Virus record (IMG/VR): IMGVR_UViG_3300031951_000001
Span: 186,001-250,000 of that record
DNA length: 64,000 bases
Strand: one strand, 5' to 3'
The position numbers and the translations under genes are program-made. Below, piece after piece: positions 47,901 to 56,582 of the stretch. Each line of letters opens with the position of its first letter. The stretch's first letter is position 1. The notes beneath the pieces are model-generated. The model was not told the DNA's origin, ran no database searches, and worked only from the letters and a program-made list of their open reading frames with translations.

Positions 47901-50900
47901 AAGGAGTTGAAAAGTTTAGAAATTTTGATAAACATCCATATAAAGTCCCCGCGTATCTTTTTCTAAATTCATTGCCCTTACCTACATTAAGGGAGAAATA
48001 TCAAACATTTGAGTCATCGACTGACGGAGGTGTTTTTAGTAAACCCCTTGACTATATATTTGCTACATTAAAAAAGTTTGGTGCAATCCACAGAGTACCA
48101 TATCCTTGGATTTTAAAGTTAGGTTCTATATGGCATAGATATAAAGAATACACCGATAAAGGTATAGACATACTTGACGGTTCTTGGAAAAACTTTGATT
48201 CAACCCGCAGTTTTGACCCATTTGGTTCTAACCCCTCAAGGAATTACGGATTAATTTTGAATGGTTCTCCATTCGACATTGTACTACAAAAAGATACGGT
48301 ATTTGGTACCGAAACATCTTCATTAATTAACACTGGATTTTATCCTAAACTTATTAATGATTTTAACGTATTCTATCAAGGATATAATATTATAGACACA
48401 AGTACTGAAATTAAAGGTACTTGCACATCCGCTGGAAACATATTAACCGTACTAACTGTAAATCATAATTCATTAACTACTGGATTTATTTTACAAGGAA
48501 ACGGATTAAACTCGGCTCAAATATTGTCACAAACAGATGGAATACCTGGCGGACCAGGCACTTATCAAATAAGCACTTCACAAAATGTGACCAATATAAG
48601 TTTTACAGTAGTAAATGCGTTTAACACACCATACAGTGACCAATCGATACAGGACTCATTTTTAAAAGGATTAAGTATAAACTATTCACAAGACTCTGTC
48701 ATAGATTTGGCGGAAGGTTTTGATGACGAGAACCCACAGAGAGACTTAAGAATTATAACTTGGAGTGTTTTAGTTGACGATAAAAATAGAACAAACCAAT
48801 TTATTATACCATCACAAGGGTCAACCTTCAATCAAACCAAAGTGGAATGTTTTGAAAACGGTAAAATTAAAAAAGAAGTTAATAATAATAAATCTATGTT
48901 TAATGGGTCCGTTAGAATGTTTTGGGCGGCACCTCATTATGGATATTTTGATTTAGACAATTTATTAAAACCATCACCTGAAGAATATCTAAAAACAATT
49001 TTTATAAATCAGGAAGAACAAAATCATTTTACATTAAATTCAAAACCAATTTATACCAAAATAAGTGAAATTTTTTCAGTATTTGAAAAAGAAATTTTAG
49101 ATAAATTTGAAGAAGAGTTCTTGAATTTTTCAGTATGTAAGTATGATTTTGTAGATAGTGGTTTGATAAAACCGATGGCGATGACTAATAGTTACGCCCA
49201 AGCAAGTAATCCGGGAACTACTGGAACGACTGGGGACACCGCGGCAACACAACAAACAGATTTAGAATCGAGTTTAACATCGACACTCAAAAACTTTCAG
49301 ACACTTTTCACAAACATGATGACTGTCGTTAAATTGACCGGAACAACGGGGGACCAATTGATAACAGATGTTCAAAATAAACAGACATCAGTTATTGCAA
49401 ATACACTTACAAAGTTCTTGACATATGATGCTGCGTTCAAATTCGGTAACCCATCTAACTATAATAAAAAATTATTTTATTCTTTTACACCTTCAATAAT
49501 AGAAGACCCTTTTACTTGGGAAAGTTATAAAGAAAAAACACCAAACGCATTACCTGTTGACGGAGGAACTACTACCCTCAGTGATTCTAAATTAAATTAC
49601 CCTGACGCTTGGAAAGCATTAGAAACTTATGTTGGTAAGTCAGATATTTCTAGTCTAACATATTCGGATAATGGGTCATATATTACGGATTTCTTTATTG
49701 ATTTAAATGTTGCTTTTACTGACAATAATGTTAAAAATTTATACCCAATTATAAAAATTTACGCTTCACAAAAACTAGCTCAATTTCAAGTAAATTCAAC
49801 ACCACCAACTTTACCATCAACTCAACCATACGAAGGGGCGTTAATTGAAACCTATGAATTATCTGGAGGGTCAAAAGTTTTAATTTTTAAACAAGGACCA
49901 AGAAAATTCGCGGTACTTGTTAATCAGAATGAAGAGACACTATATATAGGAGAAAAAATATCCATATCAGCAAATCCTGACAGCCAAGGAATTGTCAATG
50001 AAGCGTTACAGGCGTACTATGGTAATCTCGCAGAGTCACCGGAAGTTATTAATATAATTAAAAGTCCGGCACCACAATTTCCCGCAGTACCAGACCCTGT
50101 TGGTAAATGGAGTAAAACAACATTGTCAAACTCATTGGGAGAATTTGTTAGAAATACCGATGACTTCCAAAACAAAATAATAGATAGTTTCTTTACTAAA
50201 ATTAGAAAAAAACTACCCGATATCAGTTTAAAGTCAGAGGTTATTAATCAATCGGCTCTTGAGGGACCACAGAGTAAAGTTGATTTATGGGAAACATTCA
50301 AAGCGATTAATGATAAATGGATTGCCGGTAATGACTTTAAACAAAAAACATTATTTGAAGACATTCTATTATTAGATAGAGCTAGTAGAAATATAGGTGA
50401 TGTTGTTCTTTGTGACATTTATAAATTAAGAAATCAACTTATGACCATTGACCCAACAAACAATATGTTGGGTTTTATAACCACTATTCTTGTTGAGAAT
50501 AATTTTGTGGTAATGAACATACCATCATATGTTAATTTTTATAATGTTCAAGAAGCTCAGAAAAACGCAAAACCAAGATTGGATAGTACTTCAGATTTTG
50601 CTAATAATTTGTTTGGTACATTTTTGAATGTTGACTACCGAGACTCTAGTGCTAAAATGGTGTGTTTTTATGGTGGCAAACCAAGTGAGATTGTTGATAT
50701 AAAAGATAATGTGGATTTTAGATTTAGAGATGATGCGTTTGAAATCACTAAAGCGTCAAGTAATCCATTAGCAGAAAATCAAATTGGTAAAACCGATTGG
50801 GATAAATCAAATAAGGTGGTTGGCTTTAGTGTAGATATCGGACCTCAAAATCAATCAATATTTTATGGATTTAATATTAATCAAGGTAATAGCCAGAGTA

Positions 50901-51901
50901 CCGCAGAAGCTCTCCAAGTCCTAAATCAGATGGCAAACCAAGGAGGGAATAGGGCAGTGGCAACTCAAAACCTATCCCTATATAATTTGTATAAAAACAG
51001 AAGTTATACGTGTACCGTAAGTTTATTAGGCAATGCCATGATACAACCAACAATGTATTTCAATCTTAGGCACGTACCAATGTTTAGTGGTCCATATATG
51101 ATTACAAAGGTTACTCATACTGTAAATCCCGGTAGTTTCGAGACCATATTGGAGGCGGTAAGACAACCGACCGCGTCTTTACCTAAAATAGATAACTTCT
51201 TACAGATATTAAAAACAAATCTTTTAAATTCTGTTATTGCTGAAAGTAATAGACAAAAGGAGGCGATAAACAATGAGGCTAAAAAGGCCGAAAATGTTAA
51301 AGCTCAACAGAAACAATTAAATGATTTTGTTAATACAAATCCTTCTAATACTGCATCGGCTAACCAAACCTGCTCAGCTTCAACTAATTTTGTAGAATTT
51401 ACTTATAAAGCTGCGGTTAAACAGACACTTACAACAAATCAAATGGTTGGGAAAGTAAAATCTTTGGTTGGGGCAACTACGATTTCAGAAAAAGATAAAT
51501 TAAATATGTGTGTGTTTGCAGCGGCTTATATTGCATCAGGAACACAAACAGGATTTCAGGCAAATAATAATAACTTTATCGGATTGGATTTACAACAGAA
51601 TTGGAATAAAAATTATATGGAGACTAGATTTTTCTGTTCTTCGAGTAACGTGCCATTTGCATCATTTGCGAATGCGGATGACTCCATCAAATACTTGGTT
51701 CAAAGATGGAAAGATAGAATGTATCAAGTTCAACAAATTGATGCAAAATTAATTACTAAATTTTACATTTTAAATTTTGCGGCTACCAATACTGGAACTG
51801 GAAGAGAGGATATATATAATTCTTACGACCCAGCACTATTAAGTAATATTGAAACAGAGGTGCAAAACGCAATTAACTTGTTTAATTCCTCAAATGGATA
51901 A
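44903..51901 (+). CDS. Large baseplate hub protein (gp27/VgrG-like halves with long insertions, C-terminal glucosaminidase-like domain)
   Basis: N-terminal ITVELIDVKG...FFLTLKGYYG; C-terminal YTCTVSLLGNAMIQPTMYFNL...GPYMITKVTH; follows the gp53-like gene. Confidence 0.65.
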   Translation: MVGNNENILTEFDYNNITIVDPNKVVDAQGKVKERFVNQEDLVYYVNLECKMLPRTKLALGVANNDSLQTISVASINFLKPGGKTFLDNSYTDEITGENSVKGEGVNQPKKTAISNPNKSDDFYIRQTITSGGKQGSTDNGLLGVRNITVKLDTSFLPIITVELIDVKGRALFEGGNNSPYAAFFNLPYPKFFLTLKGYYGKAIQLELMLQSFNSRFDAGTSNFEISLVFYTYKYTMLSEISMGMLLATPHMYKSSVQVAALTSGGGATTPVNQSFAEIGYEKIKEMYSEYKSKGLIPDDFPELTLIQLQYRLENFIKNILDNFTKVNMKPLDDLELYQKTINEYIRDVYTAQGEKAGSWFNKYMDTKAPFVLANQFKTKIYTFKGNLDAEKKQAAITELKSLISSYNEKLKTNNTLGDKGSYTIDNKTIPASIPVKITYDKTFLRTFTSENEINFEETFKLINGVPATGDTQINELKADFQKRNLFNASDTTVKDGQPEITYQYFAFDNNTNEIINNVSNFLDPTFFGEIDQIQKKLKAFRIQIEEDLTKALSNLLQNSNNGIGFVPNIRNVLAVVFASGEAFIRLMDDVHREAWNQRDAPARKNAIFNKQIESASQDALDPGLNNENPVYPWPQFLVETAGENGQEKYEIKYPGDSDVIQQTQGFQYDVWPEIEFEEEFIKGYIERTLPPQNPSTNFNELTEPKRISFNAMEFPINNIVFSNKEEIKFFFEIYERINFVTYYSKLSRCSNSIAESDKIIDLLADAEATNMVTSLGDTNPFLLDKLKNYAFNSQNYLSTLRGFSNDGTGQSWQNYLRGIYNTNYIRNLISNSEFEFMDLNTLLAPVSEPLVSLEKEQDIIDYLAQASLSNVFDVTDIYPFISNAWSKSGLANGKNVADAKQAFTTDKILTFNKTKKVITNFLDATSPEEKRIVTNFIYKTNNVPNITNENIKSFYEGRTPKKQLVTEGNITYSGYNGLLTSSQTTSMFNTPFFINSISEGVEKFRNFDKHPYKVPAYLFLNSLPLPTLREKYQTFESSTDGGVFSKPLDYIFATLKKFGAIHRVPYPWILKLGSIWHRYKEYTDKGIDILDGSWKNFDSTRSFDPFGSNPSRNYGLILNGSPFDIVLQKDTVFGTETSSLINTGFYPKLINDFNVFYQGYNIIDTSTEIKGTCTSAGNILTVLTVNHNSLTTGFILQGNGLNSAQILSQTDGIPGGPGTYQISTSQNVTNISFTVVNAFNTPYSDQSIQDSFLKGLSINYSQDSVIDLAEGFDDENPQRDLRIITWSVLVDDKNRTNQFIIPSQGSTFNQTKVECFENGKIKKEVNNNKSMFNGSVRMFWAAPHYGYFDLDNLLKPSPEEYLKTIFINQEEQNHFTLNSKPIYTKISEIFSVFEKEILDKFEEEFLNFSVCKYDFVDSGLIKPMAMTNSYAQASNPGTTGTTGDTAATQQTDLESSLTSTLKNFQTLFTNMMTVVKLTGTTGDQLITDVQNKQTSVIANTLTKFLTYDAAFKFGNPSNYNKKLFYSFTPSIIEDPFTWESYKEKTPNALPVDGGTTTLSDSKLNYPDAWKALETYVGKSDISSLTYSDNGSYITDFFIDLNVAFTDNNVKNLYPIIKIYASQKLAQFQVNSTPPTLPSTQPYEGALIETYELSGGSKVLIFKQGPRKFAVLVNQNEETLYIGEKISISANPDSQGIVNEALQAYYGNLAESPEVINIIKSPAPQFPAVPDPVGKWSKTTLSNSLGEFVRNTDDFQNKIIDSFFTKIRKKLPDISLKSEVINQSALEGPQSKVDLWETFKAINDKWIAGNDFKQKTLFEDILLLDRASRNIGDVVLCDIYKLRNQLMTIDPTNNMLGFITTILVENNFVVMNIPSYVNFYNVQEAQKNAKPRLDSTSDFANNLFGTFLNVDYRDSSAKMVCFYGGKPSEIVDIKDNVDFRFRDDAFEITKASSNPLAENQIGKTDWDKSNKVVGFSVDIGPQNQSIFYGFNINQGNSQSTAEALQVLNQMANQGGNRAVATQNLSLYNLYKNRSYTCTVSLLGNAMIQPTMYFNLRHVPMFSGPYMITKVTHTVNPGSFETILEAVRQPTASLPKIDNFLQILKTNLLNSVIAESNRQKEAINNEAKKAENVKAQQKQLNDFVNTNPSNTASANQTCSASTNFVEFTYKAAVKQTLTTNQMVGKVKSLVGATTISEKDKLNMCVFAAAYIASGTQTGFQANNNNFIGLDLQQNWNKNYMETRFFCSSSNVPFASFANADDSIKYLVQRWKDRMYQVQQIDAKLITKFYILNFAATNTGTGREDIYNSYDPALLSNIETEVQNAINLFNSSNG

Positions 51902-51939
51902 TTTTTCTATATTGAATAATATTTATAAATAAAAATACT

Positions 51940-52164
51940 ATGAACACAAAAGAAGTTTTGGATAGATACTTGGGTAAGAATACCCGTATCACCGAAAAAG
52001 AAACAGGTAATGGTTACAAAGAAGTTTGTGATTTGGATACAGGAGAATGTTATACTTTGAGAATGAAAGATGGGTTGATTGAAAGAGTAGATAACACGAT
52101 GAAACAAAATAAAAAAATCCAAGTCGAAACAATGACTGGTGTTAAACAACTATTAAACGGTTAA
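51940..52164 (+). CDS. Hypothetical protein (74 aa)
   Basis: ORF with VCDLDTGECY; preceded by TATTTATA at 51920-27. Confidence 0.65.
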   Translation: MNTKEVLDRYLGKNTRITEKETGNGYKEVCDLDTGECYTLRMKDGLIERVDNTMKQNKKIQVETMTGVKQLLNG

Positions 52165-52168
52165 AAAA

Positions 52169-52861
52169 ATGTCCATAGATAACAAAATTTTAGAAGAAAT
52201 TCAGAGATATAAGAATATTAATCAATATATCACTGAACAAGAAGTGCCACCGGTTCCCGAAGACCCGGCAGCAGCGTTACCACCCCCACCTGATGCGGGT
52301 GCCGCATTACCTCCTCCACCAGGAGCTCCTGCCCCTGACGCAGGAGCTGCACCACCTCCATCACCACCAGCTGCGGGAGCTGAACCACAACCTGTAGATG
52401 TTGCAACTGACCCTGATGTTGAAAAGGTTGGTGATGAAAAGGAGAAAAGAGAAGAATTAGAAATAACTGACTTGGTACAATCACAACAAAATGTTGAGAA
52501 AAAACAAGAAGAGTATTTCGAAAATTTATTTAAACACCTCGAAGATTTAGAATCAAAACTTGGTAATATGGATTCAATTGTTAGTAAGTTGAATGACCTT
52601 GAAGCCAAAGTTGAAAAATACAGACCAAAAACTCCTGAAGAAAAATTGGAGTTAAGAAGTTTAGATTCAGGACCATTCAATCAAAAATTATCTGAATTTT
52701 TTGAGGACAAACAAGGAGACCTTGAAAAAGCGGGTAAGAATGAGTATGTTTTAACTTCGGATGAGGTTGAAGGATTTTCACCAAACGAAATCAAAAAAAG
52801 TTTTAGAAACTTTGATGATGAAAATGAGGATGATATACAAGACTTCAAAGAAATTAGATAA
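52169..52861 (+). CDS. Pro/Ala-rich acidic coiled-coil protein (possible scaffold/internal head protein)
   Basis: N-terminal ILEE/ITEQ, a disordered PPPP/A region, then a coiled coil. Confidence 0.6.
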   Translation: MSIDNKILEEIQRYKNINQYITEQEVPPVPEDPAAALPPPPDAGAALPPPPGAPAPDAGAAPPPSPPAAGAEPQPVDVATDPDVEKVGDEKEKREELEITDLVQSQQNVEKKQEEYFENLFKHLEDLESKLGNMDSIVSKLNDLEAKVEKYRPKTPEEKLELRSLDSGPFNQKLSEFFEDKQGDLEKAGKNEYVLTSDEVEGFSPNEIKKSFRNFDDENEDDIQDFKEIR

Positions 52862-52863
52862 TA

Positions 52864-52885
52864 AAAAGGGACTTCGGTCCCTTTT
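52864..52885. terminator. Bidirectional intrinsic terminator with cUUCGg tetraloop
   Basis: aaaagggac-ttcg-gtccctttt. Confidence 0.85.
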
Positions 52886-52889
52886 ACAT

Positions 52890-52918
52890 TTGACTACACT
52901 ACGGCTGACACTTATATT
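52890..52918 (+). promoter_or_regulatory. Sigma70-type promoter TTGACT-N17-TATATT for the replication operon
   Basis: -35 at 52890-95, 17-nt spacer, -10 at 52913-18; immediately after the terminator. Confidence 0.75.
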
Positions 52919-52944
52919 TAGTAAACAATTTAAATTTATATATT

Positions 52945-53793
52945 ATGGCGACAAACAATTCTTTAGATGCTGTACTTGCACAGTATGAAAAAGCAAGTCA
53001 AGGAGGTTCATCTAACTCCTCAAAAATGTCTCAAGATGAAAGAATGAAAAAGTATTTCGCAGCAATTCTTAAAGACAGCGAAAAACAAGGTCAGAAAAGA
53101 CTTCGTATTCTACCTACAAAAGACGGAAGCTCACCATTCAAAGAAGTATGGTATCATGAGGTACAAGTTGATGGCAAGTGGAATAAAATCTATGACCCAG
53201 GAAAAAATGATAATGAACGTTCACCACTTACCGAAGTTTATGAAGAACTCATGTCAACAGGTAAAGAGGCGGACAAAGAACTTGCTAAACAATATAAGCC
53301 ACGTAAGTTTTATATTGTAAAAGTTATTGACCGTGATAACGAACAAGACGGTGTGAAATTCTGGCGTTTCAAGCACAACTACAAGAACGAAGGTATTCTT
53401 GATAAGATTATCCCGATTTGGAGAGCTAAAGGTGACATTACTGACCCTGATAAAGGTCGTGACATCATTCTTGAAATGACCAAAGCTAAAACACCAAAAG
53501 GCGCGACTTATACGGTAATTCAAACAATCATGTATGATGACCCAAGTCCTGTTCATGAAGACAAGGCGATTGGTGACTCATGGGTTAAAGATGAGTTGAG
53601 TTGGGCTGACGTTTATTCTAAAAAGCCAGTTGATTACTTGGAGGCTATCGCTCGTGGCGAAACTCCACGTTGGGACTCGGATGCTGGTAAATATGTTTAT
53701 GGCAATTCAGTTGAAGAAACAACATCTATGGGTGGGGCAAAATACACTGACCCACAGTCAGAAGATGAACCTGATGGTGATTTGCCATTCTAA
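52945..53793 (+). CDS. Single-stranded DNA-binding protein (gp32-like)
   Basis: RLRILP, YIVKVIDR, GVKFWRF, DITDPDKGRDI; acidic C-terminus ending DGDLPF. Confidence 0.8.
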   Translation: MATNNSLDAVLAQYEKASQGGSSNSSKMSQDERMKKYFAAILKDSEKQGQKRLRILPTKDGSSPFKEVWYHEVQVDGKWNKIYDPGKNDNERSPLTEVYEELMSTGKEADKELAKQYKPRKFYIVKVIDRDNEQDGVKFWRFKHNYKNEGILDKIIPIWRAKGDITDPDKGRDIILEMTKAKTPKGATYTVIQTIMYDDPSPVHEDKAIGDSWVKDELSWADVYSKKPVDYLEAIARGETPRWDSDAGKYVYGNSVEETTSMGGAKYTDPQSEDEPDGDLPF

Positions 53794-53803
53794 TAAAATA
53801 ATC

Positions 53804-53834
53804 GGCGTGGGTATTTCGGTACCCACGCTTTTTT
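53804..53834 (+). terminator. Intrinsic terminator (UUCG loop) after the SSB gene
   Basis: gcgtgggtat-ttcg-gtacccacgc followed by T6. Confidence 0.85.
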
Positions 53835-53855
53835 CTAATTTATTAAATTTTTTTT

Positions 53856-54080
53856 ATGAAAATTGCGGAAAGTATGTACAAGGCGCTCATGAAAAGATAT
53901 GAGGCCGAAATTGCGGAGGCGGAAGCCACACTCTTGATTTATTTTAATAATCCTGTTGGAATTGGGGAACACCCACAACACTTGGAGGAAATGGACAAAA
54001 TGTTGGAAAAATATGCCAACGCGAAAGACAAATTGGAAATAATTCAAGCTTTAATCAAAATCGAACCAAATGGCAATTAA
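53856..54080 (+). CDS. Hypothetical protein (74 aa, VGIGEHPQ)
   Basis: Helical-hairpin-like ORF overlapping the recA start. Confidence 0.7.
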   Translation: MKIAESMYKALMKRYEAEIAEAEATLLIYFNNPVGIGEHPQHLEEMDKMLEKYANAKDKLEIIQALIKIEPNGN

Positions 54081-55080
54081 GAAAAAAGAAATGGGTTTGG
54101 ACTCAATCAAGTCTAAATTCTCGACTTCGGCCAAATATAAACCACAACGGTATTTTGACTTGGGTCCTGAATTTTTGGATGCGGTTGGAATTCCTGGCCC
54201 TGCTATGGGACATATCAATATGTTCCTTGGACACTCTGATACGGGTAAGACAACTGCTCTTGTAAAGGCGGCAGTTGATGCTCAAAAGAAAGGAATTCTT
54301 CCTGTGTTTATTATTACAGAACAGAAGTGGTCATTCGAACACGCTCGAATCATGGGATTTCAGTGTGAAGAAGTTGTTGATGAATCTACAGGTGAAATCG
54401 ATTGGGACGGATTCTATTTGTTCAATAATAACTTTGACTATATTGAACAGATTACCGAATACATCAATTCACTTTTGGACGCACAAGAAAAAGGTGAACT
54501 TGATTACAGTCTTCTTTTCCTTTGGGATTCTGTAGGTTCTGTACCTTGTAAGATGACCTTTGAAGGTAAAGGTGGAAAGCAACATAACGCCTCTGTCTTG
54601 GCCGATAAGATTGGTATGGGTATCAATCAACGTATTTCAGGTAGTCGTAAAGCTGACTCAAAGTTTGAAAATACTTTGGTTATTGTTAATCAACCTTGGG
54701 TTGAATTACCCGACAATCCATTTGGTCAACCAAAAATTAAGGCAAAAGGTGGTGAAGCGATTTGGTTAAACTCATCTTTGGTATTCTTGTTTGGAAATCA
54801 AAAAGGTGCTGGTACAACAAAGATTACCGCCACAAAAGATAAAAGAACTGTTAAATTTGCCGTTCGTACCAAGATATCCGTACTCAAGAATCACATCAAT
54901 GGTTTGGGGTATGAGGATGGTAAAATTATAGTAACACCTCATGGTTTTATGGCGGGTAAAGAACCGGCGGAAGAAAAAGCGTCGATTGAAAGTTACAAAA
55001 AAGACCATGCGGAATATTGGAAAGATATTTTGGGTGTGGCGGATTTGGATTTTGATTTGAAAGAAGAAGTAGAACCTTAA
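54070..55080 (+). CDS. recA: RecA/UvsX-like recombinase
   Basis: Walker A GHSDTGKT, Walker B FLWDSVG, IVNQ, KGGEA, KNH. Confidence 0.9.
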   Translation: MAIKKKEMGLDSIKSKFSTSAKYKPQRYFDLGPEFLDAVGIPGPAMGHINMFLGHSDTGKTTALVKAAVDAQKKGILPVFIITEQKWSFEHARIMGFQCEEVVDESTGEIDWDGFYLFNNNFDYIEQITEYINSLLDAQEKGELDYSLLFLWDSVGSVPCKMTFEGKGGKQHNASVLADKIGMGINQRISGSRKADSKFENTLVIVNQPWVELPDNPFGQPKIKAKGGEAIWLNSSLVFLFGNQKGAGTTKITATKDKRTVKFAVRTKISVLKNHINGLGYEDGKIIVTPHGFMAGKEPAEEKASIESYKKDHAEYWKDILGVADLDFDLKEEVEP

Positions 55081-55091
55081 TAAACTACAAG

Positions 55092-56096
55092 TTGACCAAA
55101 ACATTATTAATTGACGGAAACAATCTATTAAAGATAGGATTTCATGGTGTGAAAGATTTCTTTCACGAAAACAGACACGTCGGGGGTATTTGGCATTTTC
55201 TGAATACCACCCGACGTTTTATTGAGGAAGAAAACTTCGATAAGGTTGTTGTGTTTTGGGATGGGGAAGGGAGCTCATTGGCTCGTAAAATCATTTACCC
55301 CCAATACAAGGAGAACAGAAAACCTGGTCAGGACTTTAAAGAAGATTCATTTTACGAACAAAAACATAGGGTAAAACAATATCTCGAGGAGATGTTTGTT
55401 CGTCAGGTTGATATTAATAACAATGAGGCGGATGACCTTATCGCCTATTACTGTCAAATCGCAAACGATGAAGTTATAACCATTTTCTCGGGTGACAGGG
55501 ACCTCACACAGTTAATATCTGATAACGTTTCCCTATACTCACCTAATAAGAGATTGACATATAAAAAGGGTGACTATATTAAGTTACAAGATGCGGAAAT
55601 TCCGCACTATAATGTAAAAACATATAAAATAATATCTGGTGACAAATCAGATAATATTGATGGTATCTATTATTTGGGGGAGAAAACTTTATTGAAATTA
55701 TTTCCTGAAATTCTTGACCGTGAGGTTACTTATAACGATATTTTAACAAGGGCCGAGGTTTTATTGACCGAGGACAAAGACAACAAAGCGTTACAAAACT
55801 TACTTTCAGGTAAAACAAAAACAGGTATCTATGGAAATGAATTTTTTGAGATTAACAACAAAATCGTTGATTTATCTAATCCGTTAATCACAGAAGAAGG
55901 TAAGGAATTAGTCGAACTTTATTATCGTGAAACTTTAGACCCCGAAGGAAGGGGACACAGAAACCTCATTAGAATGATGATGGAAGATGGGTTCTTTAAA
56001 TTCCTCCCAAAACATGACGAAGCATGGGTTAATTTCGTTAAACCGTTTATGAAACTAACAAGAAAAGAAAAAAAGCAATTTAAAACAAAAAAGTAA
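55092..56096 (+). CDS. 5'-3' exonuclease / flap endonuclease (T4 RNase H-like)
   Basis: LLIDGNN, VFWDG, YKENR, EADDLIA, SGDRDLTQL, GDKSDNIDGI, GEKT. Confidence 0.92.
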   Translation: MTKTLLIDGNNLLKIGFHGVKDFFHENRHVGGIWHFLNTTRRFIEEENFDKVVVFWDGEGSSLARKIIYPQYKENRKPGQDFKEDSFYEQKHRVKQYLEEMFVRQVDINNNEADDLIAYYCQIANDEVITIFSGDRDLTQLISDNVSLYSPNKRLTYKKGDYIKLQDAEIPHYNVKTYKIISGDKSDNIDGIYYLGEKTLLKLFPEILDREVTYNDILTRAEVLLTEDKDNKALQNLLSGKTKTGIYGNEFFEINNKIVDLSNPLITEEGKELVELYYRETLDPEGRGHRNLIRMMMEDGFFKFLPKHDEAWVNFVKPFMKLTRKEKKQFKTKK

Positions 56097-56100
56097 TTTT

Positions 56101-56553
56101 ATGAAAGAACAAGATTCAACCAAATTGGAATTCTTGATGATGGTAAATGATAACATCATCGTTCAAAGATTTTTTAACGTAAGAGATTACAATCCCACGG
56201 CTAAATTTTCAGCCGAGTTAATTGAGTATCTCGCCGAATTCAAAGGAATGTTTATGCATCAATTGAAGATGAAAACAATTGATTATATGCTTGAACACTC
56301 TTATGAAATTCAGAGTAATCCGGCAGTGTTGGACACATCATATACTGATGGTCCCGAACACTTTAACATCTTTATTAAACAAGGTGACATGACAATTTGT
56401 CAGCATCAGATTGATGCCAAAGTTTTCCCACCTAAAATAAGATATACCGTGGATATCCGCCCACACATAAAAACTCTACTTTCAACTTTAACTGACATCT
56501 TTTCGTCAAAAAAATTATCTTACGAGTACGCCGGAATTACTTTGAAACACTAA
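56101..56553 (+). CDS. Hypothetical protein in replication operon
   Basis: 150-aa ORF tightly packed between the exonuclease and helicase genes. Confidence 0.7.
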   Translation: MKEQDSTKLEFLMMVNDNIIVQRFFNVRDYNPTAKFSAELIEYLAEFKGMFMHQLKMKTIDYMLEHSYEIQSNPAVLDTSYTDGPEHFNIFIKQGDMTICQHQIDAKVFPPKIRYTVDIRPHIKTLLSTLTDIFSSKKLSYEYAGITLKH

Positions 56554-56582
56554 TATTTATCTAACACAACAATATATTTCTC

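Noticed and set aside
52222-52680. 152-aa Gly/Ala-rich minus-strand ORF
   Set aside because: Antisense shadow of the Pro/Ala-rich plus-strand gene.
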